64,000 bases of DNA from Octopus bimaculoides (lineage: Eukaryota), in assembly GCF_001194135.2 (NCBI RefSeq), contig NC_068990.1, positions 33,575,345-33,639,344 of the forward strand. The letters run 5' to 3'. Position numbers and translations under genes: made by a program. Position 1 is the stretch's first letter, and every line of letters starts with the position of its first letter. This document shows, one piece after another, positions 37,456-49,866 of this stretch. The notes beneath the pieces are model-generated. The model was not told the origin of the DNA. It did no database searches and saw nothing but the letters and a program-made list of their open reading frames with translations.

Positions 37456-38273
37456 GTATACATATGTATATATCTGTATGTATGAGGGCGCTTATACATG
37501 TACATATATAATGCATATACTCATATATTGTTTGTATATATATATATATATATATATCATTATCATCAACATTGTCTTCTTATATGCTTAATTATATACA
37601 TATATATATANNNNNNNNNNNNNNNNNNNNNNNNNNNNNNNNNNNNNNNNNNNNNNNNNNNNNNNNNNNNNNNNNNNNNNNNNNNNNNNNNNNNNNNNNN
37701 NNNNNNNNNNNNNNNNNNNNNNNNNNNNNNNNNNNNNNNNNNNNNNNNNNNNNNNNNNNNNNNNNNNNNNNNNNNNNNNNNNNNNNNNNNNNNNNNNNNN
37801 NNNNNNNNNNNNNNNNNNNNNNNNNNNNNNNNNNNNNNNNNNNNNNNNNNNNNNNNNNNNNNNNNNNNNNNNNNNNNNNNNNNNNNNNNNNNNNNNNNNN
37901 NNNNNNNNNNNNNNNNNNNNCATACACACATACACACACACATGAATAGATATGTAAATATATATACGTGTGTGTGAGTGTGAGTGTGTTTTACAGCAAT
38001 ACAGACCACATCGATGTTATTCCAAAGTGTTCACTTACATTTACATTTGTCAAAAGCAATTATTTCTAAAAGCTGAAATGAAATGTTTTTCTTTGAACAC
38101 TGAATAAATTTTAATCCCTAACCTGTTTCCATCTATCTCGTTATTAACTTTATTACAGCGATAACAAAATTCTGCAATAATAATAGTTAAAAGAATTTTG
38201 TAATTGCTCTCTATCTGCACGGCAAAATGCTTATGTGTAAGTAGATGTGTCATTGCATACAAATACATATGTC

Positions 38274-38310
<37 letters not shown>

Positions 38311-38384
38311 TAGTCATATATGTGCATGTATATATGTGATTGTTAGTACACACACACATATAAGCACATATATATATACAGCCC

Positions 38385-38777
38385 TGTTTGTGCCCATTTT
38401 TCCATGTTTGTAGATGTTGTACAGGTTTTCTACAATACACTATCTCTCCACTTACTATGGTTACTTGTCATCTTTGAGAAGTTCAACCTCCTAAAATCAG
38501 TCTTTTCTAATTCCTCACGTGTCTTCCTATTCTTGTATTTTATTTTGGCACTTCTTTACCCAATTCTCATCTTCCGTAAGCATCACATGTCCGTAATAGT
38601 TCATTCTTTACAACTGATTCCTCTTGTTCTTTGTTTTTCTCCCATCTCATTCATGCTCTGTCATTCATGTGCAGTAACATTACCCGTTCAACACAGCTTG
38701 CTCACCTTTATTTTCCTCATCCTTTGTACATCATCAACAATCATTAGATCTATTTTACTGCAATGCAGTATCACAGT
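38385..38777 (-). mobile_element. RTE LINE 3' end, decayed
   Basis: The minus strand reads RMNYYGHVMLTEDENWVKKCQ and ends caaacatggaaaaatgggcac, like the copy at 58280-59120. Confidence 0.8.
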
Positions 38778-38874
38778 GTGAAGGTACGTGGCTTAGTGGT
38801 TAGGGTATTCAGCTCATGATCATAAGGTCATGAGTTCGATTCCTGGTGGTGTGTTGTGTCCTTGAGCAAGACAC
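38778..38874 (+). mobile_element. tRNA-derived SINE head, 3' truncated
   Basis: A box gtggcttagtgg and B box gagttcgattcc, followed by ttgtgtccttgagcaagacac. There is no acceptor stem, so it is not a tRNA gene. Confidence 0.75.
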
Positions 38875-39924
38875 GAGGCTGAGCAGAGGAATCTTTGAAG
38901 ATCAACACTCACGATTATCAAGCTCCACCAAGAGAGTAACCACAATGCATCCATAGGGGCAGTGTCCATGGTTCTATAATCAGCTCATAAAAGATTCATC
39001 ATGACCCAAGCACACAATTCAAATATGAATAACAGAATTGAGTGGCAACAGGGAGTCATGGAAATCCATGGAAGCAGTGTGACCGGATGGACAGAACCAT
39101 TGTCTCATCTGTGAGTGAATACTGTTTAGTGTTTGTTAATAAGCAATGAACAGTAAATTAATTCACAGTGAAGAATAAATAATCCTTTCTATCATCGACA
39201 CAAGGCCTGACATTTCGTAACGGAGGGAGTTACTTTATTACATCAACCCCAGTGCATTACTGGTACTTATTTCATTGACCCTGAAAGGATGAAAAGCAAT
39301 GTTGACCAATGAGAAGAAATAGAATAAAATAACATGTACCTAGTCAAACAGTGGCTGTCTGAAACATTAGTGTGTTTATGAGGTTTGTTTTTTAATCTGC
39401 AAATAGAATACTCTGAAAATGGGTTTTGTTATCAGCAAAAGAAGACACAAACAGAATGACTACCGCACACCAATTTATTGTACATAATAGTTTCATGTTT
39501 TATTGTCTACTCAAACCAAACTGAGCTTTGGATATTACTTTCATATACTTAACATTACCAAGCTACTAGCTATATTTGGATATTATTTTCATATACCAAC
39601 TTGCTAACTAAACTATCATGCATGTGTGTGTGTGTTTGCATGGGAGAGAGAACATAATGAAGAAGAGAGACGTATAGAATTACAAGCCACCTCCCATAAC
39701 TCTACGTTTGATTTGTGACCTCTGTTTTGGAGAAAAACTCTATCATCATTCATCATTCATCACCCAGTCAAAATTCTACTGTTACATGCTCAAATTCCTT
39801 CTCAAAGATTATAAGAAAAATCTCTTGATGCATATGATATGATGAATAGTAACAGAAGAGATAGAGAGGAAGAAAGAAAGAGAGAGAGAATGAGGAAGAC
39901 AAGACAAACTGAAAGGCAGACAGC

Positions 39925-40140
39925 TCAGAGCCTCTATGTGGCTATGCAACCTCCTAGAAATAGCAATCAAAAATCTCTCAAATTACATCCTGCCATCTTA
40001 GAAAGTGATACATTGGATTGTGCAGTCCTGGGCTTCCTGAACACAGGATAAATGCAGGATGTCCATGGTTTGAATACCCTTGATGTTATACCTGTCTTAT
40101 CAAATCTAACCTGGGACTAAATAGTAACAACAACTGTTGC
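39925..40140 (-). mobile_element. Family D interspersed repeat, copy 2
   Basis: The reverse complement contains agatggcaggatgtaatttgagagatttttgattgctatttctaggagg. Confidence 0.5.
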
Positions 40141-42453
40141 CAACCTTTAAACATCTCTTTAGCCTGAGATTGATTCTAAAATACATTTTCAATCAAATTC
40201 AAATGCCTACATCTCAACTACTTTCCCTACATCTAGAAACTAATTTATTATCAGATATTTCAGTTTATTTAATGAGTTTATTTAGTGATTGTCTAAATAC
40301 CTTAAATTGCTCTTAGATTGCCCCAAATATAGGCCATGCACTTTCCATACATCACCATTTCATAAGAACAGTACCTATCATTGCTTTCAAACGGTTAAGT
40401 CTTTTACTGAAAAATGTTGCCTTCAGCATCATGTAGCCCATTCACTTGGTGTCCCTTCCACTACAGATATTATTTCATATTGTCTTATGGCAATATAAAC
40501 AATAAACAATAAAGTGCCAGTCGTATCTCCCATTTCTTTCCTTGTTTCAATATTGTTTATGTCACATTGTCTAGCAATGACATATAATCAAAGAAATGCC
40601 ATTTCCTTATTTGAGATACATGTACATGGTCATTCTTCTCCAATTCTTATAGCAGAAGATACTTTTTAATGAGTCAGAATTGATTACAGGAGAAGACTAA
40701 TAATTCTTCATTTCAGTTTGAAATTATCAGTTCCATACTGGCATGGATGTGTGACTAAGTACTAGGCTTACAAAGAATAAGTTGCAAGGTCGATTTCTTA
40801 GACTGAAAAACCCTTTAAGGTGGTGCTCCAGCATGGCTGCAGTCAAATGACTGAAATAGGTAAAAGAAGAAAAGAAACTAAAGAAAATCTTTGCTTAGTC
40901 ATTGAATTCTCCCACCAAGTTCAATGATGGTCATTACGAATGTCTTGTCAAACATAACACTTTGGTGTATACACACACATACACAGAGTAATATCTGAGG
41001 CATGTGAATGTCAGATGCAGGGTAAAATTCTCTCACTGATAGGGAAGGGTTTTTCTCTGAGGCATTACCGACGGTGACACTGATTCCAAACTCTATCTGT
41101 TGTCACACTGGAAAGTGTAATTAGTGGATTACACTCAACCAAGAATTTGGTTCCACTGAGAACTGCAATATCTATTTAGTATCAGTCAAATTACTGAGTG
41201 ACCAATTATAGTTACAAATCCGACTATTCACCAGCCATGGACACAGAGTTCACAGATTAATATATATTCAGAAACTGGAATAAAAACTATAAAATTGAAA
41301 ATCCATTATCACGGATCATTCCATTGACTTGGTCAAATAGTAACTTGTCTTTTATAACTTTGGTTCATAATTTTATTTATATTTATATATTCATTTCCTG
41401 CGTGGAAATTCTTGTCATGAATCTAGGTAATTAAACTGAAGCCTAATTTGAATAAGAGAACAGAATATTAGTCTTGAACCAACCAATATTCTATCTTTAG
41501 ACATCTCCTAGAATCATTAAAAAATGCTGAAATTATTATAAATATAAACGGAAATGAGGCGATATTGCTACAATAGTGGCAAATGGTGAAGTGATGCCAG
41601 ATAAAACCAAATCTAAAATTCCTAATTTTTGAAAATCAATATCCTGGTATTTAGTATTTCTTTTGTCTATAGTAGTAGTAGTAGTAGTAGTAGTAGTTGT
41701 TGTTGTTGTTGCTACAGTGCTGATTTAGAGCTGCTTGTTAGAGTTGTTAGTGTTTTATTGTTATTTTTATTTCTGTTGCTGAGAGAGGTTGCTAATATTG
41801 TTATAGCTATTGTTGTTGCTTGCTCACTTGCTGCTGCTCTTCTTGTTGCTAGGGATATGTTGTGATGATGATGATGATGATATTGATATTAGCTATAGTT
41901 ACTGCTGCTGCTACTACTACTGTGATTGTGTAGTAAACAGTTACTTGAGCTATTAACATATTCTTTCTTGTTCTTGTTACAATCCCTGTATACTTTACTA
42001 TCACTGTTATTAAAACTGTACTGTATTTCATCATGACATGTCTATATGCCTACATGCTAATATTTCCACTTTGTAACAGACACAGATGCTTCTTCTCTTC
42101 ATCAACGGGACATGTCATACATTAATTAGTTAAATAACATATTCTCTGATGGTCTTCATTAAATCATAGTCAAATTGCAACAGTAGTACTTCCATAACGT
42201 TCTCATGAACTCATAACAAATCATGCTGTGAAATTTATAGGGGTAGGGTTATTGTGGCAACAGAATGAACTTAATTGTGATACTGTTCCTATACGTGTCA
42301 GGCTGCAGTACTGCTGATGAATTTTTCATAATGAAACAACTGCAAAAGAAGTTCTTAGCTAACAATGTGCCTCTTTAAGGAGCACTTGGTGATCTAGAGA
42401 AGGCATTTCACAAGGTGTTATGATCTTCAGTCTGGTGGCCATTAAGAAAACTA

Positions 42454-42580
42454 CAGGGTGTCCACAAAGTCTGGGTACATGGGGATTAACATATACTTTA
42501 AGAAATTATTACTTCTTATATTTAATTGTTTATCTTATGATTTTATTTACTCCATGTACCCAGACCTTGTGGACACCCTG
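42454..42580. mobile_element. 127-bp Tc1/mariner-type MITE
   Basis: 29-bp TIRs cagggtgtccacaa(a/g)gtctgggtacatgg (1 mismatch), with TA TSD at 42452-42453 and 42581-42582. Confidence 0.93.
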
Positions 42581-42765
42581 TAGAAGTAGATAAATAGTGT
42601 GCGAGAATAGTACAAGCCATGTACAGATATGCAGTCAGTAAGGTGAGAGTTGGCAATGAATTCAGTGAGGAATTTAGCACAGTCCCCTCCTATTTATTAT
42701 AGCTCTCCAAACTATAACAAGAACTTCTATTGAAACTCCAATATACTGATGACGTGTTCCTAATA

Positions 42766-43958
42766 TTGTGCTGAATCTAAAATTTTGCAATATTTTGGTA
42801 ACTTATTTGCTTTATTCACCAAGTTACAACAAAATCAGCCTAGCACTCAAAGTGGAGGCCATCATGTTGCTCTGTCTGAAGCCATCTTTCTGCCAGTTCT
42901 TTGAACCTACACAGATACCTGTTCTTGTTCCTTTGAGGCAAATGTCTTCACTGAATCTTCCACCTCCTCTTGGTGGATGAAGTCTCATGAGCACAGGAAG
43001 TGAGCCATGGATCAGAACAAGTAATAATCTAAGGGAGATATTTTCCTGCAACCCTAATGCACATGATCAGTAGTTAAGTAAGGGCCAGCTTCTGGAACCT
43101 GTTACCAAACATTGACATTTTGAACAAAAGATGATGCTCTGCATCTAGTGAAATTACAAGGAGATAACTCACAGTGATGGTGTTCCAAGTGGTTGAACTA
43201 TCAATGCCAACCTGCATTCCAAACAGCAGGAGCAGATGTATGCCACTGTGCAGCAAAAATACTTGGCTTTTGTTAACCCATTACCTACCAGTGATCTCAA
43301 ATGAGATCACTTAAAAATTACAAATTTCATAATTATCTGTCAATATTTACACATATCTAACCTTTTTGCTATATCTACTAGGTATATTTCTCTGATATTC
43401 AAATGAGGTTTGTTAATTTTTCACCCAATATCTCGCTTATTTCTATTTAAAATGTTATTTTGAAATGTTATTTTGATCGTTCCAGCATGTTTCTAAGGCT
43501 GTTTTATGCTAGAAATCAAAGTTTCATAAAAATATTCCAGTTAATAGAATTATGGGAGGTAACGGGTTAACAGAAAATGGGCTCTTCTACAGCAAGACAA
43601 TGTAAAACCTCATATCATTTGAACAATTCATAATAAACTCCAGGAACTTGAGGAAATCAAATTGATTCAACAGTCTGGTCCTAGCTCACTCAGATTATCA
43701 CTTCTTCCAATCCATGGCTCACTTCCTGCATTCATTTTGCTTCATTAACCAAGAGGAACTGGAAGCTTAATTGAAGGAGTTCTATACCTCAATAGATAAG
43801 AACTGTTATCAGCATGGGGATCAAAGAAGTAGGAGAAAGTTAAATTCAGACAGTGCAATATGATGGCTTCTACGTGGAGTGCTAGGCTGCTTCTGTTGTA
43901 AGTTGACGAATAAAACGAATAAGTAAAAATATAATGCAAAACTTTTGGCTCAACACAA
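42766..43958 (+). mobile_element. Fold-back mariner derivative with about 270-bp inverted arms
   Basis: The left arm (42766-43035) is an inverted copy of the 3' end (43690-43958), and both encode SMAHFL... The internal plus strand encodes KGQLLEP...QKMMLC...TINANL...YLAFVN/RKWALLQQDNVKPH. Confidence 0.85.
43277..43566. mobile_element. 290-bp piggyBac-type MITE
   Basis: TTAA TSD at 43273-43276 and 43567-43570. Termini are CCC...GGG with 14-bp TIRs (2 mismatches), and a subterminal palindrome gtgatctca-aa-tgagatcac lies at 43291-43310. Confidence 0.85.
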
Positions 43959-44635
43959 CAGAAGATTTTGTGAAAGACTAAAAAAGATTCCAGGTATGGA
44001 AGCAAAGATGGAGAGAATTTAGGATAAACTTTGCAAAGACCAAAATTATTATAAGCAAAAAGAAAGACAGGACCATACTGCTATCAGGGAAATGGCTGTC
44101 CTTGATTTGCAGAGAGAAAATAGGTAGGAACTCAGTATAGTATACACAGTGTGAAATATAGGTATACAATATATGTGCCAGGATTACAGACAAGATGGCA
44201 GTGATTAAAGCTTGTTGAGATTTTTCTCGTAATTTTTTTTCAACTTCAACATTGAAGTCGACTTCACCATTTATTGTTATCGAAATTTGACATTGTTAGT
44301 GTATACACAGACATATACATACACACAAGCATGCACACACATATGTAAATTAACAAACAAGAACATTCGTATAAACAGATACTTTGTTTTACTGGTTTCC
44401 AGCACAGGACTGTTGCCATACTGATGCGCTATTAACAAGTGTTTAATCAACCATATCAACCCTGAAATTTATTTCAGTCCGGCAATTATTTTAGCAACCC
44501 ATTTGTTGAATTGCTGGACATAAAGGAACACATCATAAAATAAAAGCTTTTTAGAACAACATATACACACATGTACATACACACACACACACACACAATA
44601 GTAAATGTGCATGAATTAATTACTTAACAGAGAGC

Positions 44636-45008
44636 TCTCTTTTACGCTTTTACTTGTTTCAGACAATAGACTGTGGCCTTGCTGGAGCACCGCCTTTATA
44701 GTTGAGCAAATCGACCCCAGAGCTTATTCTTTGTAAGCCTAGTACTTATTCTATCGGTCTCTTTTGCCAAACCACTAAGTTATAGGGACACAAACACACC
44801 AGCATCAGTTGTCAACTGATGCAGGGGGAACAAACAGACACACAAACATATACACACACATACATGGGCCTCTTTCAATTTCTGTCTACCAAATCCACTC
44901 ACAAGGCTTTGGTCGACCTGAGGCTATAGTAGAAGACACTAGCCCAAGGTGCCACGCAGTGAGACTGAACCCGAGACCATGTGGTTGGTAAGCAAGTTAC
45001 TACATAAC
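44636..45008 (-). mobile_element. Family A SINE, near full-length
   Basis: Collinear with the copy at 4760-5238 over both modules. Confidence 0.87.
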
Positions 45009-45944
45009 ATTTACAGAGATTATTTAAAGTGTGAGATAAACTTTTACTAAATGTACACTTTAGGCTCTATAGAATCGGTATGATATCATTTATAGACTCA
45101 CACTCCAGTATAATAGATGTAGATATGTTAAAACAGGTATTAAATAAAGTAAGTAGAAATGACAAAAATTATTAAAGGTGATAATGATGCTTATTATAAT
45201 TGTTTCAGATATTGGTTTATTACTGAAAGCTAATAAGGATAATAAAAAAAAAAGCAAGGTATAACAATTAAAAGAACACTTGATAATTTTGTAGTTGTCT
45301 TATCAAAGAATATTGCCACAAGATTTTTTTTTTTAAATGGATATCGTATTTCATTTAATAAAGAAACATTTCTAGTTTTTCTTCTTCGTTATACCATGTT
45401 GTTCTTTAAGAAATAAATGGTGGAAATTGAAAGGATGTTAGTACAACTACAAATGAGTAATTTAGTTTTATTAATGGTCCCCTACTTGACAATTATTTGA
45501 GATGTGTTCAAGACATCAATTTCATATCTGAAATTTAATCAAATATCTCTCCAGCAGGTTCTCATTTGCATAACATGTTTATTCATATCTCTTGTGGCTG
45601 CACCCTTTTCCAGTGCTCTCACTGCACTCACCATATTCATTGAGTTTGTGGAGGAGAATTATTAATGAAAGTACGATAAAGTTTGAACTGATGAGTAAAA
45701 ATACTAATCATATAGAGATCAACATTTTCCTTGGTGAAGAGACATCAAAATATGTAAGACAATTAAAAGAATAATTACATAATTACAAGCTGCTACAAAT
45801 GTAATAAGTAGAAGTAGTAATTGCAAATTAAAACTTTCATGATAGCTACCTAATTATCAGCTTTCTTTGCTTCTTTTTATGTCCACAATTTTCACTTATA
45901 TAACAATAATCACAATAACAACAATAATATTTTCTTCATAATAA

Positions 45945-45978
<34 letters not shown>

Positions 45979-46214
45979 GGTAATCTTTTTGGTGATAATG
46001 AAAAATCAAAAAGGAAATTTTTCTCATGTAGAAATGATTTTTTTTCAAAATGAGAACAGAAGTAAAGTCAAAAACAGTGATGGTTTTTGCTTTTCTTGCA
46101 AATACAATTCACAGAAATTCTGAAACCATGTAATATCATTGAATTGGTTTACTCAGAAAGAAAGTGCCATGCCATTACAACAAACAGCAGCAACAACAAC
46201 AATAGGATTTGTTC

Positions 46215-46545
46215 CTAATATAGGCAGGAAACTAGAGATTTTGAGGGGAGGAGGTTTGTTGATTTTATTGCTGTCAGTGTTTGTCTGGTACTTCAATTTA
46301 TCAACCCTGGAAAGAATGAAAGGCAAATTTAAGCTCAACAAGAGCTCTACTATAGGCACAAGGCCTGAAATTTGAGGGAGGGGATAGTCAATTACATCAA
46401 TTCCAGTATTTCACTGGTACTTAATTTATCAATCCCAAAAGGATGAAAGGCAAAGTTGACCCTGGTGGAATTTGAGCTCAGAACACGAAGATGGACAAAA
46501 TGCTGCTAAGCATTTTGCTTAGCATGCTAACAATTCTTCCAGCTC
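46215..46545 (-). mobile_element. Head-to-tail family B SINE pair, first copy truncated
   Basis: tataggca...gaaatttgagggag...ctggtactt.atttatcaa.cc..aaag.atgaaaggcaaa occurs twice. Confidence 0.8.
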
Positions 46546-49239
46546 AATAATAATAATAATAGTAATTTATGTACAAGCTATCAATTTTGATGGGAGGAGG
46601 TAAGTAATTTATTTCATCAAATCCAGAGAGATGAGAATCTTGGCTGACCTCAATAGGATTTGAATCAGAAAATAATAAAGAGAAGGTACGAATACCACAA
46701 AGCATTTTCCCTTGTACTTGTATACATGAAATATCAACAATTATTCATTAAGTTCAAAACTGAATAACAGCACAATACCAGAAGCAACAATATATTTCAC
46801 ATACATGCACTACTCTATATAAGTCATAAAAATTATGTGAAAACACATGCCAGTTTCTTGTGCATAAGGTGTACTCTTAGTCTATTTTTTACTTATACTC
46901 CTCAGAGCTAGTTGGTTTTATGCCACAACACACAGCAACTGCACACTCATACATTTCTCTTCTTTCTCATCATCCTATAAAATTCATCCCACCACTCAAA
47001 TTACTATCCCAGGTTGTCTTCCACCGGAAGCTACTCACTTGCCACTGCTAAAAAGAGAAACATTAATCATATCGATCGCCCCAGTCCTGTGAAGCCTCTA
47101 AATCCCAGGGCATAAGTAAAAAGAAACTTACTTCCAGTTCAATCAAATGTAAGACATATGATTAACAACATGTAGATGTTCCTTAATTGGTATGTAATAA
47201 CCAGTAATAACTGCAAGTTTACAGGTATGGATGGATATAAAGGGAAGGAGGTAATTGTGCATCAACTTCACATCAACCATATAAAAGTGTAAAGTAATGA
47301 ATGAGGTGAAGTTGGAGGTTGTATTTGATATTTTTTGTTGTTTTTCTGCACAACAATTGAATTCCATACTTTAATGGTTGATAACATTAAAATTCATTGT
47401 CAGAGCTGTGTTTCCAAACATAAAAGAGTGGCATGATAGCTCTACATGTCAGCAGCAGGCTGAGCTAGAGGATTTGTGCAATTTCTTGGATTTAATTTGA
47501 TAACATCACCAGAAAGTACAGAACACTTGCAGCATTGTAACATAAAATTTAATCAAATCGAAATTAAAGAAATAAAACAAAAATATATCCAACAAAGAAA
47601 TGAACTTCAAAGAAATAAAAGGAATGATTAATGAGAGAACTTCAGAATATTTCTTGTTGCTGCTTTAACAAATTTAACCTTCTCAGGCAGTTTTCATTGT
47701 AATTAATTCTAAAAATCAATGTTTTTCAGTTGCTGAACTAAAATAAAGGAAATGGTTCCCATAGAAATTTGAACAACTATATTCCAAAAACACAACAGTT
47801 GAAAACCTTCATTCATATTAATGTGTGGCATATATTCATATGAGAATTTTAAATGTAAGCCAGAGAACATTTCATAGTTAAAGAGACCTAGTCTTTCAGT
47901 AGCAACATAATTCTAACAGAACTCTTATTCAGTCACAAAGCACAGCTATAAAATAACACCAAAGAGGTATCTTTGCAAAAAAGGATATAAAATATGACCA
48001 AGAAACAGCACCAACCATTGCTTTATTATTTTTTCCCCAGAATATCAATCACATAAAAATCTTCAAAAGATGTTTTGTTCAAGAAATTTTCTCTTATATT
48101 TTCTTTTATGTATTTTCTATGTCTTGAAATATATCAGAATTATTCAATATCCTTGTTCTCAATCTTAAAATTACCCCCAGAAGGTCTAATTAGATACCAT
48201 AATAAACAGTTAGATAATGATTTTTTTTTTTTATTAATGTTCAAAGTTTCTTTCTTCTGTAGGTCAGGTCAGTAAATATTGAAGAGGTCATAATATCAAA
48301 GTTTTAGAATCATTATCACATGATTGTTTTGAAAACAGTTGCACCATGCTCTTTTGGGCTTGGATACAAAGCCAATCAAACAATAGATTTTTGTTTTTAC
48401 CAAACCAAGCCAAACAAAACCAAACATGTTGTTCAGTGTTAGAGAATTAATTGTAACAGTATAATTGACAAAATATTGGTTTGATTTAATCTTAGCTGTG
48501 TGTACTTCATAGATAGAAGGAAATGAAAACCTACAAACTACACAGAGGGACAGATTGTCATAAAGTATTTCATAGATCCCTATATATTTTTACTACAATG
48601 AGATTGATTTTGCTCAAGTTAATAGCATCGCTAAATATTTCTTTGTTTTCCCTAACATGAAGTCAACATATGCTTCCAGAAGCAGTATAGGCAACTGGGT
48701 CTAACCCTCATGATATCTACTGGGAGTTATTTTATTGACCTTGGATTGATGAAAGGCAAAGTTGCTTCAAGCAAGAGTTGAACTTCAAAAGAGAGATGAC
48801 AAAACTAATTACTGAAAAGCATTTAGTGTAGCTTGCTACTTGTTAACTACTTCCACTAGTCACAAACAACCAACAGCAGACCACCTGGTTAGAAGGCAAC
48901 AATTATGGGAAATATTTCTTGGCAGCAGCAATAGTATTCAGAAGAAACTAGCCAGAAGATGGCAAAGAGACAAATATATATATCTTATATATTTTGTGTC
49001 AAAGATTACATTTGTTTGACTTTTTGTTGTGCTTCAGATGAATATTTGCTGTTTGAAAAAATTGGTACATTCAAGGCAAAGATATATTTATTCAAAGTAA
49101 AATAGCTGGCATTTAGTTGAATCTTCTTTTATTTCTATGAAAAGAGAGTTATTATATGTCAGATGGTATGTATTTTGACCGATGGTCACAACACATTTTG
49201 TGACAAATAATAAAAACACCCTTTCACTATCATTGGCTA

Positions 49240-49440
49240 TCATCCTCATCACCATTTTAGTGTTTATTTTTGCATGCTTGCATGAATCGTATGGAATTCA
49301 GTGAGGCAGATTTTATACAGCCAAACGTCCTTCCTGTCACCAAACTCAGTTGTTTCCAAGGAAGGTAATACTTCCTCTTGGCAGGATGTGTTTTCACAGA
49401 AGACTAGAAATGAAGAACACCAATTGTGGGATAATGAAGT
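49240..49440 (-). mobile_element. Degenerate family C SINE
   Basis: ttttgcatgcttgcatg...tacagccaaacgtccttcctgtcaccaaac. Confidence 0.55.
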
Positions 49441-49488
49441 TCATTTTGCAACTATTGCATGTCAAAACAAGGAGACATAAACCTATGG

Positions 49489-49523
<35 letters not shown>

Positions 49524-49729
49524 TACACAATTTAAATATAGGATAAAATCTTTATAAGAATTTATCAAGTAGTTAGCATGGAAAACCTCATAAGGGAAAA
49601 ATTTATTAATTATTCCCTATAAATATATTTATTTATATTAAGGGCATTACTATACATAAATGCCTCATGCTAGGAGGGACTCTTAAAGTCAAAAAAAGAA
49701 AAAAATATACATATATATATGTATATTAT

Positions 49730-49866
49730 CAGTTTCCATTCATCAAATCTATTCACAAGGCTTTAGTCAGTCTGAGAATATAGAAGACACTCATCCAAGG
49801 CACCATACAGTGGGACTGAACATGAAACCACACAGCTAGGAGGAAACTTCTTAACTACATGGCCAT
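49730..49866 (-). mobile_element. Family A SINE 5' half
   Basis: tcagtttccattcatcaaatctattcacaaggcttt...agtgggactgaac. Confidence 0.75.

Larger units (their letters stand above)
42235..44215 (+). mobile_element. RTE LINE reverse-transcriptase region split by two insertions
   Basis: With the insertions removed it reads GCSTADEFFIMKQLQKKFLA...GDLEKAFHKV...VWWPLRKLEVDK...VQAMYRYAVSKVRVGNEFSEEF...YTDDVFLI / EDF...RFQVWKQ...INFAKTKII...SGKW...CREKIGRNSV. DLEKAF and Y(A/T)DD motifs are present. Confidence 0.88.

Noticed and set aside
38404-38781. 125-aa hydrophobic ORF resembling a membrane protein
   Set aside because: It is the antisense reading of a purine-rich RTE 3' remnant on the minus strand.
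38778-38874. Possible tRNA-Met-like gene (also 22640-22740, 22900-23007, 51230-51325)
   Set aside because: A and B boxes are present but there is no acceptor stem or cloverleaf, and the sequence continues into a SINE body.
2120-48850. Apparent minus-strand bias of family B SINEs as a hint of host-gene orientation
   Set aside because: Counting tandem stacks once gives roughly 7 minus versus 2 plus, too few to be significant, and families A and C occur on both strands.
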